In this document: piece by piece, positions 25,503-38,399 of the stretch
How the letters are laid out: the number at the start of each line of letters is the position of its first letter
How positions within the stretch are numbered: position 1 is the stretch's first letter
Source: Anthoceros angustus
Lineage: Eukaryota; Plantae; Anthocerotophyta
Reading direction: 5' to 3'
DNA: 64,000 nt
Assembly: GCA_010909165.1 (NCBI GenBank)
Contig: MU008172.1
Location: 1,178,001-1,242,000, forward strand
Translations under genes and position numbers: made by a program
Notes under the pieces: generated by a model
What the model saw: only the letters and a program-made list of their open reading frames with translations
Database searches by the model: none
What the model was told of the DNA's origin: nothing

Positions 25503-28500
25503 TGATAAAATAGCTTACTATTAGGGCACTCTTCACTAGGGCACCTAGGACTTAATAATTAATTTAGTCCTTAGGGCTCTAGGTAGTTTCTTTAGTAGTT
25601 ATTTAATTGGTTAGTTGTTACAACCACTTATTGGTTACAACTACCTTGCCTACATAAAGGCATGTACTTTCTATTATGAATGTAATGCAACACATATTGC
25701 TAGAGCTTGTGTATGATTCTCATCATGGTATCGAGCACACTTGCTCTTTGTTTGCTTGCATCCTCATGCATCTAAGTAGCTTATCTAGGAGACACTTTCT
25801 AATCTAGCATTTGCCTAGATGGATTGTGTTTATCCTAGAATTGCTATCTTTGCATGCATTCTTTTTATGCTAACATTTCTCTTCTAACAATGCTTTTATG
25901 CACTAATTCTTTGTTCTTCCTCCATGGATTTGTGTTCCTTAGAAGGAGAAGGCATAGAGTTAAGAAGAGAAGTAGTCCTGCAAGACAACAAGAACAAATT
26001 AGGAGCCCAACACATAGAAGCAATAGAAGACAACAAGCTATAGAGGAGAGATAGTAGAAACCTCCTCTTGTATAGCAAACTTCATTGCATCTATTTTAAT
26101 TTCTAAACCGGATCAAGGGAAGTTTATCAAGCTAGCTAGGACGTGATTTGCTAGAAGTTTTAGTCCAATTCACGTCAAGGCATTAGAATTAGCTCTCCAA
26201 CATATCCCAAATTTGAATGTTGGTATTAGTACTCCTTTATCTTCTAGTCGCAAGACAAAATAGCATAGAAACTCTTAGATTTCAAGAAATTGATAGTCAA
26301 TTAGCAACTCTTAGAATCCAATCCTTTGATCTTAAGGGAGAATTATCTGAATTAAGGACAAAATTGTCTATTCTCTCTAAGGTTGATAATGCGCAGATTT
26401 GAGAGCATGCTATCATCATCCGAATCGACTATGATGCAAGAGAAGAGTTTCTGCATGCAATAAAGAAGATGAGGAGCATCAGCGAGGCCTAGTCCTCTAA
26501 ATCACCTACAATGGCTGGAGTGATCAATAATGAAGAACAAACTGTTCCTAATTCCCCATTGGGTAATGATAATGCTAACACTTCATTGCATTATCATTAT
26601 GGTGACGTTTCAAAGAGAAAGATAGATTCAATGGAAGGGATTATGACATCGGTCATTGAGAATGCGAGGAGCTTTGCGGCAAAGAGACCTTTGGGGCATC
26701 GTCGATGGATCAATTCCAAGGCCACACGCCCGATTTGAGCGTGAACTTCAACCTTCCGGGGCCTTGACGAAGGCACAAGATTTATTGGTCGGTGGACTTT
26801 CTCAACATATGGTGAGACATGTCGCACACGCAAAGACCTCCAAGGATATGTGGACTCACCTTGCTCAATTATATTCATCTCGAGATGTAATGAGTATTGT
26901 TGCACTTCACGTAACTTCCGCAACCTCTCAATGAAGGAGTCCGACACCATCGAACATCATGTTAATGCATTTCGATTGGCACGATCCCATTTGGAATCTT
27001 CAATCGTACCTATCTCGGAGATGGAGGCTTACGTCATTCTCTTATCTTCATTGCCACCTTCTTATAGGCCTTTCATTACAACTCAAAATGCAGTGATTCG
27101 CAATGTCGGAAAAGCTGCAGATGAAGATCCAAATGAAGAGCCAGACATCAGTGTTTCGAACTTATTGGAGCATTGCTACGAGGAGGCAAGCGTCATCATC
27201 ACTCCGAGCCAACAAGCGGCAGTGATGTATTCACAAAGGGGTAGAGGAAGAGGACGAGGCGAGGCCGAGGTTCTACTTTCCGGCCCCCATATCTCACATA
27301 CTTTCCATGATGGAGAGGCATCTTCTTCAACACCGCAAGAGGTAACAAGAAGATCGGGATTATATGTAATTGGTGCGTAATCCAAATCACATGGAAAAGG
27401 ATTGTCGTAAGAAGAAGAATGGGAACCTCAGGAGGCCCCACAGAGCTAACATTGCGTGAAACAATCTTCCTCAACTCCAAGGTGCTCACGTGTGCTTGGC
27501 TTCTTCCAAGCCCTCCAATACCTCATGGTACTTAGGCATGGAGCTACTTCACATATTTGTTACAACAAACTCTTTTGAGTCTTACTCACCACCACAGGAC
27601 ATCTCTCCTCGAGAGATGATCACAACCTACCCATAGCGGGTGTCGGTTCAGTTGTATTCAAGTGTGATTCAGGTCAGGTTCTTCATCTTCATCACGTCCT
27701 CCATGTTCCTTCAATGTGCAAGAATCTAGTATCAGCTGCAAGTCTTTGTCAAGAACACACTCTGCAGGTGATCCTTTATGCAGATAGTTGTCTTCTCTCT
27801 TTCATAAGTGATAGAAACTATACAATCTGCACAGGCACTTTAGATGATGGTCTCTATAGATTGTCAGTACAAGTGGGAGCCACCCATTCTGCTAATGTTG
27901 CCATTCCAAACCCTGACACCTACCCAAACCATGCTTTGGCATTGTCGCCTTGGTCATCCTAATAGTCAAAATTAATCCAAATGTCTAAGGGAGCTTTATA
28001 TAGAACCCCTTGCCTTGCAAAGGTTGAACACCTACCTTGGTGAATCTTGTGTCCTCACTAAACGACATCAAGAGCCTTTCAAAATAAATCTCCACAAAGG
28101 CCAAGTCACCTTTAGAGATAGTGCACACAGACATTGTGGACCCTTGTCTACACCCTCCTTTAGTGGTAGTAGATATTTTTGACCTTCACAGATGATTTCT
28201 CTCGTTTTGTCTTTTCCTACATCCCGAAAAACAAGAGTGATGCCTTTCACTTCTTCAAGGACTACATGAAATGGGTGAGAGACTTACGGATCACAAACTC
28301 AAGACCTTACGTTCCGACAATGGTGGAGAGTTTACATCTCTCTTTTGAGGATTTTGTCGGTGAAGGTATAGCTCAACAACTTACATTGTCTACACTCCTC
28401 AACAAAATGGCGTGGAGAACAAGAATCTACGCCTCAAGAGATCACAGTTGCTTATTGGTACAAGCTAAGTTATCTAAGGCTTATTGAGAGGCCCTCCTAA

Positions 28501-31500
28501 CGAACCTATCTCATGAATCGATTGCCTACATCAGCTTCAAGGTATGACTCCATATGAAGCATTCATTGGCAAGAAGCCTTCTATTGACCACCTTGAATTT
28601 TTGGATCCCGCATATGTTTTTATTCCCAAAGCATTGCGTAAGTTGGATCCCAAAGCATAAGTACACTTCATTGGCTACACCAAGGTATCAAAGGGTACAA
28701 ATTGTTCAACCCTTCTACAAGGCAACTTTTATACGCCGAGTGTTACTTTTCATGAGTCTTACCTCTTTTCCCCCAGTGGGAGCGATAGGTCCTCCTCTTG
28801 ATGAGACCATTGACCCTTCTTATTTTGATGATCGATTATTTCACTCCATTTCCCATTCACGCTTCTCGTGTTCCTTTAGTTGAACCTATTATGCGGGAGG
28901 AGGAGGAGTTAGCATCTATTCCACTACAACTCAACCACGAACCTGATGTTGACATCCCAGCAGAGGCGCCAGTTGACACTCATGATGATGAGTTTGATGA
29001 CCCTCCGGAGGATGACATTGTGGAGCCGCAGATCCGTCGTTGATCCCGCTCCTGGATGATGCACTGCACAAAGGTACAACCTTAGATCCCGACCTACTAT
29101 CTCAGTCCTGCAGTTGGAAGGAACCTCCTTTAGGATACCTAGCTGTTTTGATGATCCTATACCCCTATATCACTTTATTCTCAAGGCTCTACAAGGCAAC
29201 TATAGACCCGGAAGAACCTCTTACCTTAAAACAAGCTTTCTCTTCTCCGAAAAGACTTATGGAAGGTAGTCATAGATTCGAATATAATTCCCTAGTTAAT
29301 AACTCTACATGGGAATTGGTCAAACCACCTAGGGGTAGGAAGATAGTAACCAGCAAATGGGTATTCAAAATTAAAAGAAAAGGAGATGGTTCTATAGAAA
29401 GGTATAAGGCACGCCTAGTAGCGAGGTTTACACAAATTCTGGTCTAGATTACATACCTTGGGCCACTTATGCCCCAGAGCCAAATTTGCACACTTGAATG
29501 ATATTTGCCTTATGTGCCCAACATGATCTTGAACTCCACATGATGGATGTTAAGACAACATATTTGTATGGGCGCGCAAGAGGAAATATACATGAGACAA
29601 CCCGAGGGTTCTGAAGTCAAAGGCAAAGAAGATTGGGTATGCCGACTCATCAAAGGTTTGTATGGCCTTAAGCGGTCAGAATTGGAATTTAACCATACAT
29701 GTACAACTTATTGGGAGAGGATTTAAGCAAAGCCGGTGATGCTTGTATGTACATCCTAATATCCGCAATGATATATTTTATCTTCTACTTTATGTTGATG
29801 ATGTTTTTATGGCAACAAACTCCCTCACTCTCCTAGAACTAAAGCATGGCTTAGGACTCTATTTGAGATGTCCGATCTAGGAGAAATGACATATGCACTT
29901 GGTGTTAATATTACGAAATAGAGGTAATAAGACTCTAAGTATAGTTCAAACCAAGTATATTAAGGAGAGTTTAGCTAAATTTGGACTTGAGGATGCAAAG
30001 CTGCACACCTTTTGCAAGTGGTGTTAGGCTTACCTCATATGAGTCCCAAAACTGAAGAAAAGCTAGAAATGTCAGTTCCATACCGACATCTTTGTTGGCA
30101 CTCTAATATATTTATGCAATTTTACGAGACCGGATATATCTTTTGAAGTCGTTCACACTCACAATTCTTGGAGAACCGGACGTGAGCCGGATGTCCTAAG
30201 CGTATATTCGGATACCTTAAAGGCACTATGTACAGATCGATGTTCAAGCATACACCAGCTATCAACACATTAACTCTAACGGCATATCGATGCCGACTAT
30301 CTTTGGTGACCGACACACAATCGTCGGGTATGTATTACTCTTGGGAGCACCAATATCCTGGTCAAGTAAGAAACAACCTACTATAGCTTTGTCAATCGAA
30401 TCGAGTACGGTACTAACCTCGGTTCTAAAGACATAGTGTGGTCCAGTTAGTTTTGAGTGAACTTCACCATCCTCAACTTAAGCCTACATCTTTGTTTAGT
30501 GATAGCCGGTGCCATTGCACACGAAATCCTGTTTTCATTCTAGAACTAAACATATAGCTGTTGAGTATCACTACATAAGGGAAAAGTTAGAAGATCAAAC
30601 CATAAATATTAGTTATGTTCAAACTTTAGACAATGTCGATTTATTAACAAAGTCATTGGGAATTGAGTTACATAGGAAACACATGAAATGTTTGGGTATA
30701 ATGGACACCTGTCCAAACCTTTAACCTAATACTCACCCTAGCGCCTTAGGGCCGATTTAAGATAACCTTAAAATCTTAGCCCAAAATTATTGTCTTACTA
30801 TTTTTTGAACATTTTCTTCTTCTATCTCAAAATAGCTTAGGTCATCCCGCCTTCCTCTTCATAGACGGCCAACATAGAACCTGGAATATTTATATTAAAA
30901 ATAAAAATAATATTTAAGCAGTATTTATGTGATTAAAACAATAAATTCCCTTAGCACCAAAGGCACCTACGGAAAATATGTTTGATATGTCCTGAAATTC
31001 CTCACATGGGAGACTTGCTATTTTATCATGTGGATGGTAGTTTCCTCACATATATAGGAGTCCGGACATCTCCTTTTCACTTAAACCTAAGGTGAGTATG
31101 TATACTTTATTTTCCTGGTCACCTTTTGGTAGAATTCGCTTATAATAGCCCATGTTTTTGTCTTTAATACACTTAGGAAACAAAATGTGTTTGTGCATCA
31201 ATGCAGAAAATTTATGCTAGGTTATTCGATCCTAAAACTCATATAGAAATTAGGATGCTTAAAATCGGATAACCCTTATTTAATATATTGCACCTTTCTT
31301 TTCCAGCCCTTCCTTGTCATATCCTCCCCATGCCGTCTCCACCCATCGCATAGCGTCACACAAGTGTCGCCTCTTATCCATCAAGTCATTAGCATCCTTG
31401 TAATCCACTTGTGTCATAGCTTCTTCTTAGAAGCATAAGATGGGCAATCTTTCCTACAAACACTTTTGGCAGGTGGGCTTTTGCGGCGGAGCATCATTCA

Positions 31501-32621
31501 TTGAGAGAGGAGGGCACGTCCTCATCACCTAGGCTTCCTCCCCTTTGGTGAGCACATCCGAATTGCTTCACAAATGAAGACATGGCGGAAATGAAGACAT
31601 GGCGGAAATGAAGACGCAATCTTACACTTACGGACTTGAGCTTTCCCTCTTGGTGAGCGCGTCCTGAGGATCCTTAGGCATCTCGTTCGGTTCATCCTCC
31701 GAGGATGAGGTCGGATCAATGACAAATGCGGAGATTTCTTTCGAAATTGCAGGAAGGACGAGTGCAGAGGCGAGACTCTTCATCACCAGCGAGGACACGA
31801 CGATGCATCAGCAGTGGGCGCCCTCTCCTTTTGTTTGGGCGCCCTGAGCGCCTGGCGTCCCTGCAAGGACGCCCGGACATTGGGCGGGAAGGCGCCCGGC
31901 CCCGGCCGCGGCCGCGGCGGAGAGGGCCCGCGGGGCTCGGACAGGCGCGATGGCGCCCCGTGGGCGCCTCCTCCGTGGGGCGGGATTGCGCGCTGTGCGG
32001 TAGCCACCCCTCCTGCCATCGCCATCACCTGCACATGTACCAACCACCAAGTTGTCGGGATCGCGTTCGTGAAGTTTGAGGAAGAAGGGGTATTATCCAT
32101 TATCCTTTTGATTTTCCTTTTCGGAAATTAGGTATTTTCTGGATTTTCCTCTATATATAAATCCCTTAAATACTTTTAATTAGTTTTAATTCCACCTATT
32201 CTTGAAGTTGGGTTATTAGTTTCTCATCTCGGTTCTCCTTAAGTGGGAGTTATTTTAATAGTGATTATTACTTTCAGTTTTACCTTAAGTTTTACTTTAT
32301 GCCTTTAAGTAAAGTTTAGTTAGGGACTAGTTTTACTAGACTAGTTTTCCTAGACCTCTTTTGGTCGAAAATCACCCCTAGTTCATAGTGAGTGGGAGTG
32401 ATAAAATAGCTTACTATTAGGGCACTCTTCACTAGGGCACCTAGGACTTAATAATTAATTTAGTCCTTAGGGCTCTAGGTAGTTTCTTTTAGTAGTTATT
32501 TAATTGGTTAGTTGTTACAACCACTTATTGGTTACAACTACCTTGCCTACATAAAGGCATGTACTTTCTATTATGAATGTAATGCAACACATATTGCTAG
32601 AGCTTGTGTATGATTCTCATC
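25503..32621 (+). mobile_element. Full-length Ty1/Copia LTR retrotransposon
   Basis: Near-identical 223-bp LTRs (25503-25725, 32399-32621) with a 5-bp TSD GAATC (25498-25502, 32622-32626). PBS TGGTATC(A)GAGC at 25726 (tRNA-Met type); PPT GAGTGGGAG at 32390-32398. Domain order is gag, integrase (TFTDDFSRF), RT (KWVFKIKRKGDGSIERYKARLV), RNase H (HSRTKHIAVEYHYIRE). Confidence 0.95.
26600..30724 (+). pseudogene. Copia gag-pol (frameshifted)
   Basis: ORF fragments 26656-27380 (gag, LLSSLPPSY), 28179-28487 (integrase), 29040-29447 (RT) and 30509-30724 (RNase H). Confidence 0.9.
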
Positions 32622-33084
32622 GAATCGCGCAATAACAACTCCTTAACCCGCGCGATTCTTTGGGCGAGGCGGCGGTGGCGATCGCCCGACCGAAGTCGGA
32701 GGAGGATGCCTCCATCTCCGACAGAAAGCGATCCCTATTGCCGCCGTCATCGGGTGCAGCAGCCATTGTCGAGACACCTTGCACAGATGCCTGCAAGTCC
32801 ACAAAACGGAGGTGAGGAGGAAGGTCGGGCCCGGAAGGACGGAAATGCATGAAATTCAAGAGGACGTCACCACACAGAGCACTAGCACATGGAACAATGG
32901 CACCGAAGAATGGCTACCTAGCAAGGAATTCTCAAATGAGCTGCATCACGGAGCAGACGGGCGGGGCGCGCTGCCTGCAAGCGTCTTTGCGGGAATCAAG
33001 TTGGAAGTGGCAGTAAAGATATTGTTCGGTACATGCAGCCATGGTATTGCACAGCATTTTGTGGGTCTATGAAAGCAATTGAAT

Positions 33085-33690
33085 GGTTAAGGGCATGTAT
33101 GTGAAACACATGGACATGTACCACATACTCTAATGAAGGTCATGTGGCATGTATAGGCAGAAAGTTGGGATGCCGGATGATATATCCTCGGATAATGATG
33201 TGTATTAATACAGCGAATAATCCGACGGATAATGGTTCTTAATCATTCCCACCACCCAAGATGACCCTATGTGTATGTCTGGACATGGACTACACACATG
33301 AAGGTCATGTGACATATATAGGCAACAGGTTGGGATGCCGGATGATTTATCCTTGGATAATGGCACAGGCTGACATACATCGAGTATTAATACATTGAAT
33401 AATGTATTAATACATCGAGTAATGGTACTTAATTATTCCCGACACCCAAGGACGACCGGCCTATAAATGCTAGTGGGCATGTATGCGAAAAACATGGACA
33501 TTTTCCACATACAGACATGAAGGTCACGTGACATATGTAGGCACGGAACCGACATGATCCTTGGCAAACCAACGATGCCGAATAAATTTGTCCTTGGATA
33601 ATGGTATATATTAATACCCTTAATTATACAAGGACAATGCTACTTAATTATGCCCGACACCCAAGGACGACCGGCCTATAAATAGTGAGG
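33085..33690. repeat. Imperfect ~190-bp tandem repeat, about 3 copies
   Basis: Recurring gggcatgtatg..catggaca, atgaaggtcatgtg, gttgggatgccggatga and caccaag(g)a(c)gacc motifs at ~33090, ~33280 and ~33475. Confidence 0.75.
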
Positions 33691-34949
33691 GCCCCTATGA
33701 AGGGAGATGGAAACGACTCATCTACATTGTCACGTGATGCGGAATGGCTCCATGGAAACCAAAAGTGGCCGTCAAGGGGAGGCGTCAGGGAGGCATGTGC
33801 GCACCGCTGCAGCCATGCCCTAGGACATTATACGTGGGCGGAGGCGGATGAAGGTGCGTGTAGATGCACGGTTGGCGGAGGTGCATTGGAACGAGAAGGC
33901 ATCGACTGCCGACGCGGCCAAACAACGGACAACACGCCATCTTGAAATAGAGATGAGATGCAGACTACATGGAGTAACTTGCAAGAAGAGTTCCGTGGTG
34001 CAATTATTGGAGAATGTGTGCACATATGGGCGCAGGATGACGTACTTGGGGAGTACTGTTCCTATTGTGGCGAGCTTGGGTATGCAGAGCCGCCTCTGTT
34101 TGGAATAGAGACACGGTACCTAGTAACCAACCCTCTGTTAAGAAGAAGTAGAGTAAAGTTGGAGAGCAATCCACTCGGCCTTTTCTTAGATGGAAAGGGC
34201 AGGCCTTGGACGGCGTGTATGGCACACACTTTTTGGCGATTGCCTTGTGAGCGAACAGATCCCCTGTGTGAAAATTGCCTTCGCTGGCACGCGTTGCAAA
34301 GCCGGTTGTAACGAAGACCAGGAAAGGAAATGTGTAACACTTTTCACCCTTAGCGTCAGCCATGCAATTGGAATGAGATCGGGTGGCATGCGTGATAACA
34401 TGAAAGGAAAACGGCTGAAGTGCAGTGTAACAGGCGATCAATGTGGCGAGTCCATCGTTTTTGTCGCTCTGCATGTAAGTGTGTGCTGGCAATAAATTGC
34501 CGTGTCATAAACTTTTCACAACATTTCCAGCAATTGAAAGCATCGTCAGCTGTTAGCGGGAGAGCCGGAGGAAGGGTCTAGCGTTTTTGGCCTGCCATGT
34601 CGAGATGGAATCCAAGGGAGCAAGTTTTCCTATTGCTTGTGATTTTGGTCACATGGTGGCAGGCGGGGAATCGATGTGACAGGTGGTCTTTGTCCGTGTG
34701 CGTGCGTGGCGAGAACTCTCGGTTTTGAAAGAAGCTACAATACATTATCTGGTGGTTGCCATCTCCTTCTGCATCTTCCCATCTTGCGCTTGATGCTAAC
34801 CAACGGCCAAATAAACTTCCATCGGCCAGGACCCAACATTAAATGAGTTCGACTACTCCTCGCGTTTCGGAGGCTGCTTGGAAGACATGGTTTAAAGTGC
34901 ATACCTTCTTAGGACATGGTTAGTTTTCAACTTGTTCATGCTGTCCGTT

Positions 34950-36330
34950 TGATATTGAAGGTGAGGCATGCGCCGTGCTGTAGCCTGGTAATGGTGAGAA
35001 CGGAATTTGCTGTTCATAAGGAAGCTTGTCTGACGTCTTACGCACCAAACTAGCCCGCGATATCGTGGTTGTGTCTGAAATTACCAAAGGTGGAGATTGG
35101 GAGCACATGGAAATGCCATATGGGATCCGAATGCCAACGGAGGAGGACATGGATGTTGGGGAGGACCTCGCCTTGAGCAAACCGTCCCGGATGAGGTTCC
35201 AGATTCACAAGAAGATGCCGAGGCAAATGGCACGCCCGGTGGTGCCCGCGTCGCTCGCCTAGCAGCAGCCCTCCACGAAGTGTGGGCGAGCGCAATTTAC
35301 GTGCAAGGCGATCAGCAGAGGAGGCACCATGTTCAAGCGTGGGCGGCAATTGTTGTGAATGACATGGACAACAAGGGTGGTACTACACAAAGGGGATGCG
35401 GTGGCTCCAAGACCGGTACTGGAGCTAACAGTGGTGGGCAGAGGAAGGGAATGTGGGCAGCCCGCCACCATTGACATTGGTGGCACAGTGTGCCACGGCA
35501 TAAAGTTCATAGGAAAGTCTGCAGCCAAAGTTGCAAGCGATTCGAACGGCAAATGGGCGACTTGCCGCGAGCAAGGAGGAAGGCGTATGCAGTGAAGTGG
35601 CTTCCACAGTTCCAGATCTCTGGTTAAGTCCATGATTAGGTCAGGAGTTTAGTCGATTACAGAGCGAGGAACAGATGATATGTGGAGGCGGCAAAGGCAT
35701 TATGTTGAGAAGAGAGTAAGGAAAAAAGGCCAGCTTTGAAGCCTCCAACTGGCGAGATGAAGAAAGATGTGAGGATATTCACTGGGCGCATTGAACTTAG
35801 ACAACACGGGAATTTTTTGCCGTCGAAGGCATCGCTCGCAGCAAAGGCGAGATTGGAGAAATCCAATGGAGAAGGGCCAAACCCATGGGGCCAGTGTGGA
35901 CGCGCTGGCTGGGAGTTCAAGTTTCAAGAAAAGTATGGGAGAGACCCAACCGACGACGAATGCGAATTTGGAGCACTCCGGCCATTGACAAAAATGCATG
36001 AACTGTGAGATGTGATGAAGCGTGGAGAACCACCTGTGGCAGACTTTTTGAAAGACTTGAGGGCCAGAATAAGGGCTAAACGCGATGCCAAAACCCGGGA
36101 GGAAAAACGGAATTCAGGTAAGTGTGCAGGAATTAATCCCGATTCGGATGTTGGTGCTTCAGATGAGGATGAAGACAGTGGGGAAGAGCCGGATAGGCAG
36201 GACACATATGACGATACAAATTCCGAGGATGAGGTCTTTGGGAGGAGAGAGGATGCGAGAAGAGTATCTGAGAAGGGGAAGGGCCAGTGCGAATGGGGAT
36301 GAAGACAAGGCGAGAATGGAAAAAAGTATT
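34950..36330 (+). pseudogene. Probable CACTA second gene (TnpA/Ptta-like) remnant
   Basis: Coding-like segments downstream of the CACTA transposase (KPPTGEMKKDVRIFTG...QEKYGRDPTDDECEFG, MMKRGEPPVADFLKDLRARIR), with a ttacag acceptor near 35662. The family assignment rests on position and weak motif resemblance. Confidence 0.35.
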
Positions 36331-36579
36331 GCATCTCACACCCACACCAGATCCTTTGGGTGGAGGGGCATCCTATGCATACCGTATAATCTACCAGCAA
36401 CCTATGCACCACCTTCTTGTGGCGCTCCTCCTCCCGAGCTCTCCTCTGCTCCAGGTCTGCCACTTGCTTGGCAAGCTTCTCCTTCTCCTCTTGCCAAGCA
36501 TCTTTCTCGCGTTTCAGCCCTTGCACTTGGAGATCTTGGTTGATCAACTCCGTGCTCCTCACTTCCAAGCTCAACCGGG

Positions 36580-36850
36580 CCCTACTAGAAAAGGCAGCCT
36601 ATGTTACACTTTATGTTAAGATTTGGACCCCCCGATGTAACACTTATGTTGCAATTTTGGGGTCATGTAACACTTTTTGGGCTGCTTGTTACACTTTGGC
36701 TTGGAAACCAAACCGGAGTGTTTGTTGCAACCATGTTGCAAGGAAGTTGCAATTATGTTGAGATGAAGTGAGAGGCGCTTTTGTCCTCTCTCAAGATTGT
36801 AACATATAAAGTGTTACAAGAAAAGTCTTGTAACACTTTTGGAGGCTTGG
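36580..36850 (+). mobile_element. Second CACTA-type terminus with subterminal repeats
   Basis: CCCTACTAGAAAA (one mismatch to CACTACTAGAAAA), followed by several tgttacac/tgtaacac repeats in both orientations. Confidence 0.6.
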
Positions 36851-38399
36851 TACCGAACCTCCTCCCCATCTACCTTCCTCCTTTACTACATTTACCATAT
36901 AGAATACTTGGTTTCTTATTACCTCGTATGAATACATATAAATAAATACATGTATGCATACGCCAGAGAATGTATTGGTATATGCCAATATACGATAATT
37001 TCTGATATACTATTATATTTCATTTTGTATAAAAATATAAATATACGACATCGATAACGCATAATTGTACACGCCCGTGATACTATACTTTGTATTCATC
37101 ATTCTCGAAACGTAGGATACATACATCCCACATTTCACCCGCCTATTTTTGTGTATCCTGTCGCAACCTACCTTCTCTAGCGCATGCGGCAGCTGTCCCC
37201 CATGCCCATCGGCTTCTTGCCATGGCTCGCCCACCCTTCTTATCACCGCATTTACTACTTTGTCCTTCCGCCTAGATTTTGCGCTGGGTTTTTTCGCTCC
37301 ATACATGGCTTCATCATTTCTAATTTCCTACTCCTCATCGTATGCATGAGAAGGAAACCTCCTACAACCCCTGCTTTTGCGATTTTCTTCCTCCCTTCCT
37401 CTTGCGTCATCACGACCCTTTCCCTTTCCATCGCATCCACCTCCCTTCCACCTCCGCACGCACTCCACGGCAAACATCGCAGCATGCCCTTCAAGACATA
37501 AAGATATAGTGGTGTGCACAACGACCTTCAATTGCTTACCTTCCCGCACTCCATCCGCTTTCTTATGTACCTCTTGCCCACCATCCGCCTTCCATCCGCT
37601 CACGGCCGGCCTCACACGGCCTCCGATGCCTCCACCGCACCTCCCCGCTCTTTCGGCCTCCACCTTTGTCACAGTGGCGAGCCTCCAATGGGGCCTCACT
37701 GGAGGTCCATGCTTTCATTGGAGTGTGCTGTATGTGTCTGCACGGTTAGGCACGCCTCAATGTCGCCCCCCTCATCCTCGCGCCATCGTTGTCTTCTTGC
37801 CGCCATCACATGTACCCCTTTGCCGTCGCCTCTTTCTCCCTCCCCTCGACCCTCATGGCCGCCACGCGCCTTTTGGCCCCCACCACGACCATGGCTTCCG
37901 CCATGGACCCCTCCTCGATTCGCCACCCGCCTCCCACTCCCACCCCGTTTTGTTCACGCCTGACCCATGCTGCCCCTTGCCGTGACGACAATTGCCTCCC
38001 GCCATGTAAATTCTCATCCGCCCCTCCGATTCCATCCTCATGTCTTTCACGGCCTCGCCACTCCCTCCTCGACCCCATCTCCGCCCACAATGCGCGCGCT
38101 ATTCACTAGGCAATGACGGGCACCTCCCAACACACGCCTTTACCACCGCTGCCCTCTTGACACACCCCTCCTTCCGTGAACTGCCTGCACATACCGCCAA
38201 GTCCTCTCGCACCAAGGCAACTTGAGTGACGGGCACACCCACTGTGGTCCACGGCGCCGCCCCTCTCCCTACACATCTTCTCACACTCTCATTCACACTA
38301 TCACGTGCATGGACGTTCCATCACCTTCGGGTGATCGTGGCGCCGGGCACCACGATCACATTGCTCATAGCCTCACCGACACTGCTTCCACCCTCCGCA

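Noticed and set aside
33085-33690. CRISPR-like array
   Set aside because: The context is eukaryotic, the whole units are degenerate repeats without unique spacers, and there are no cas genes.
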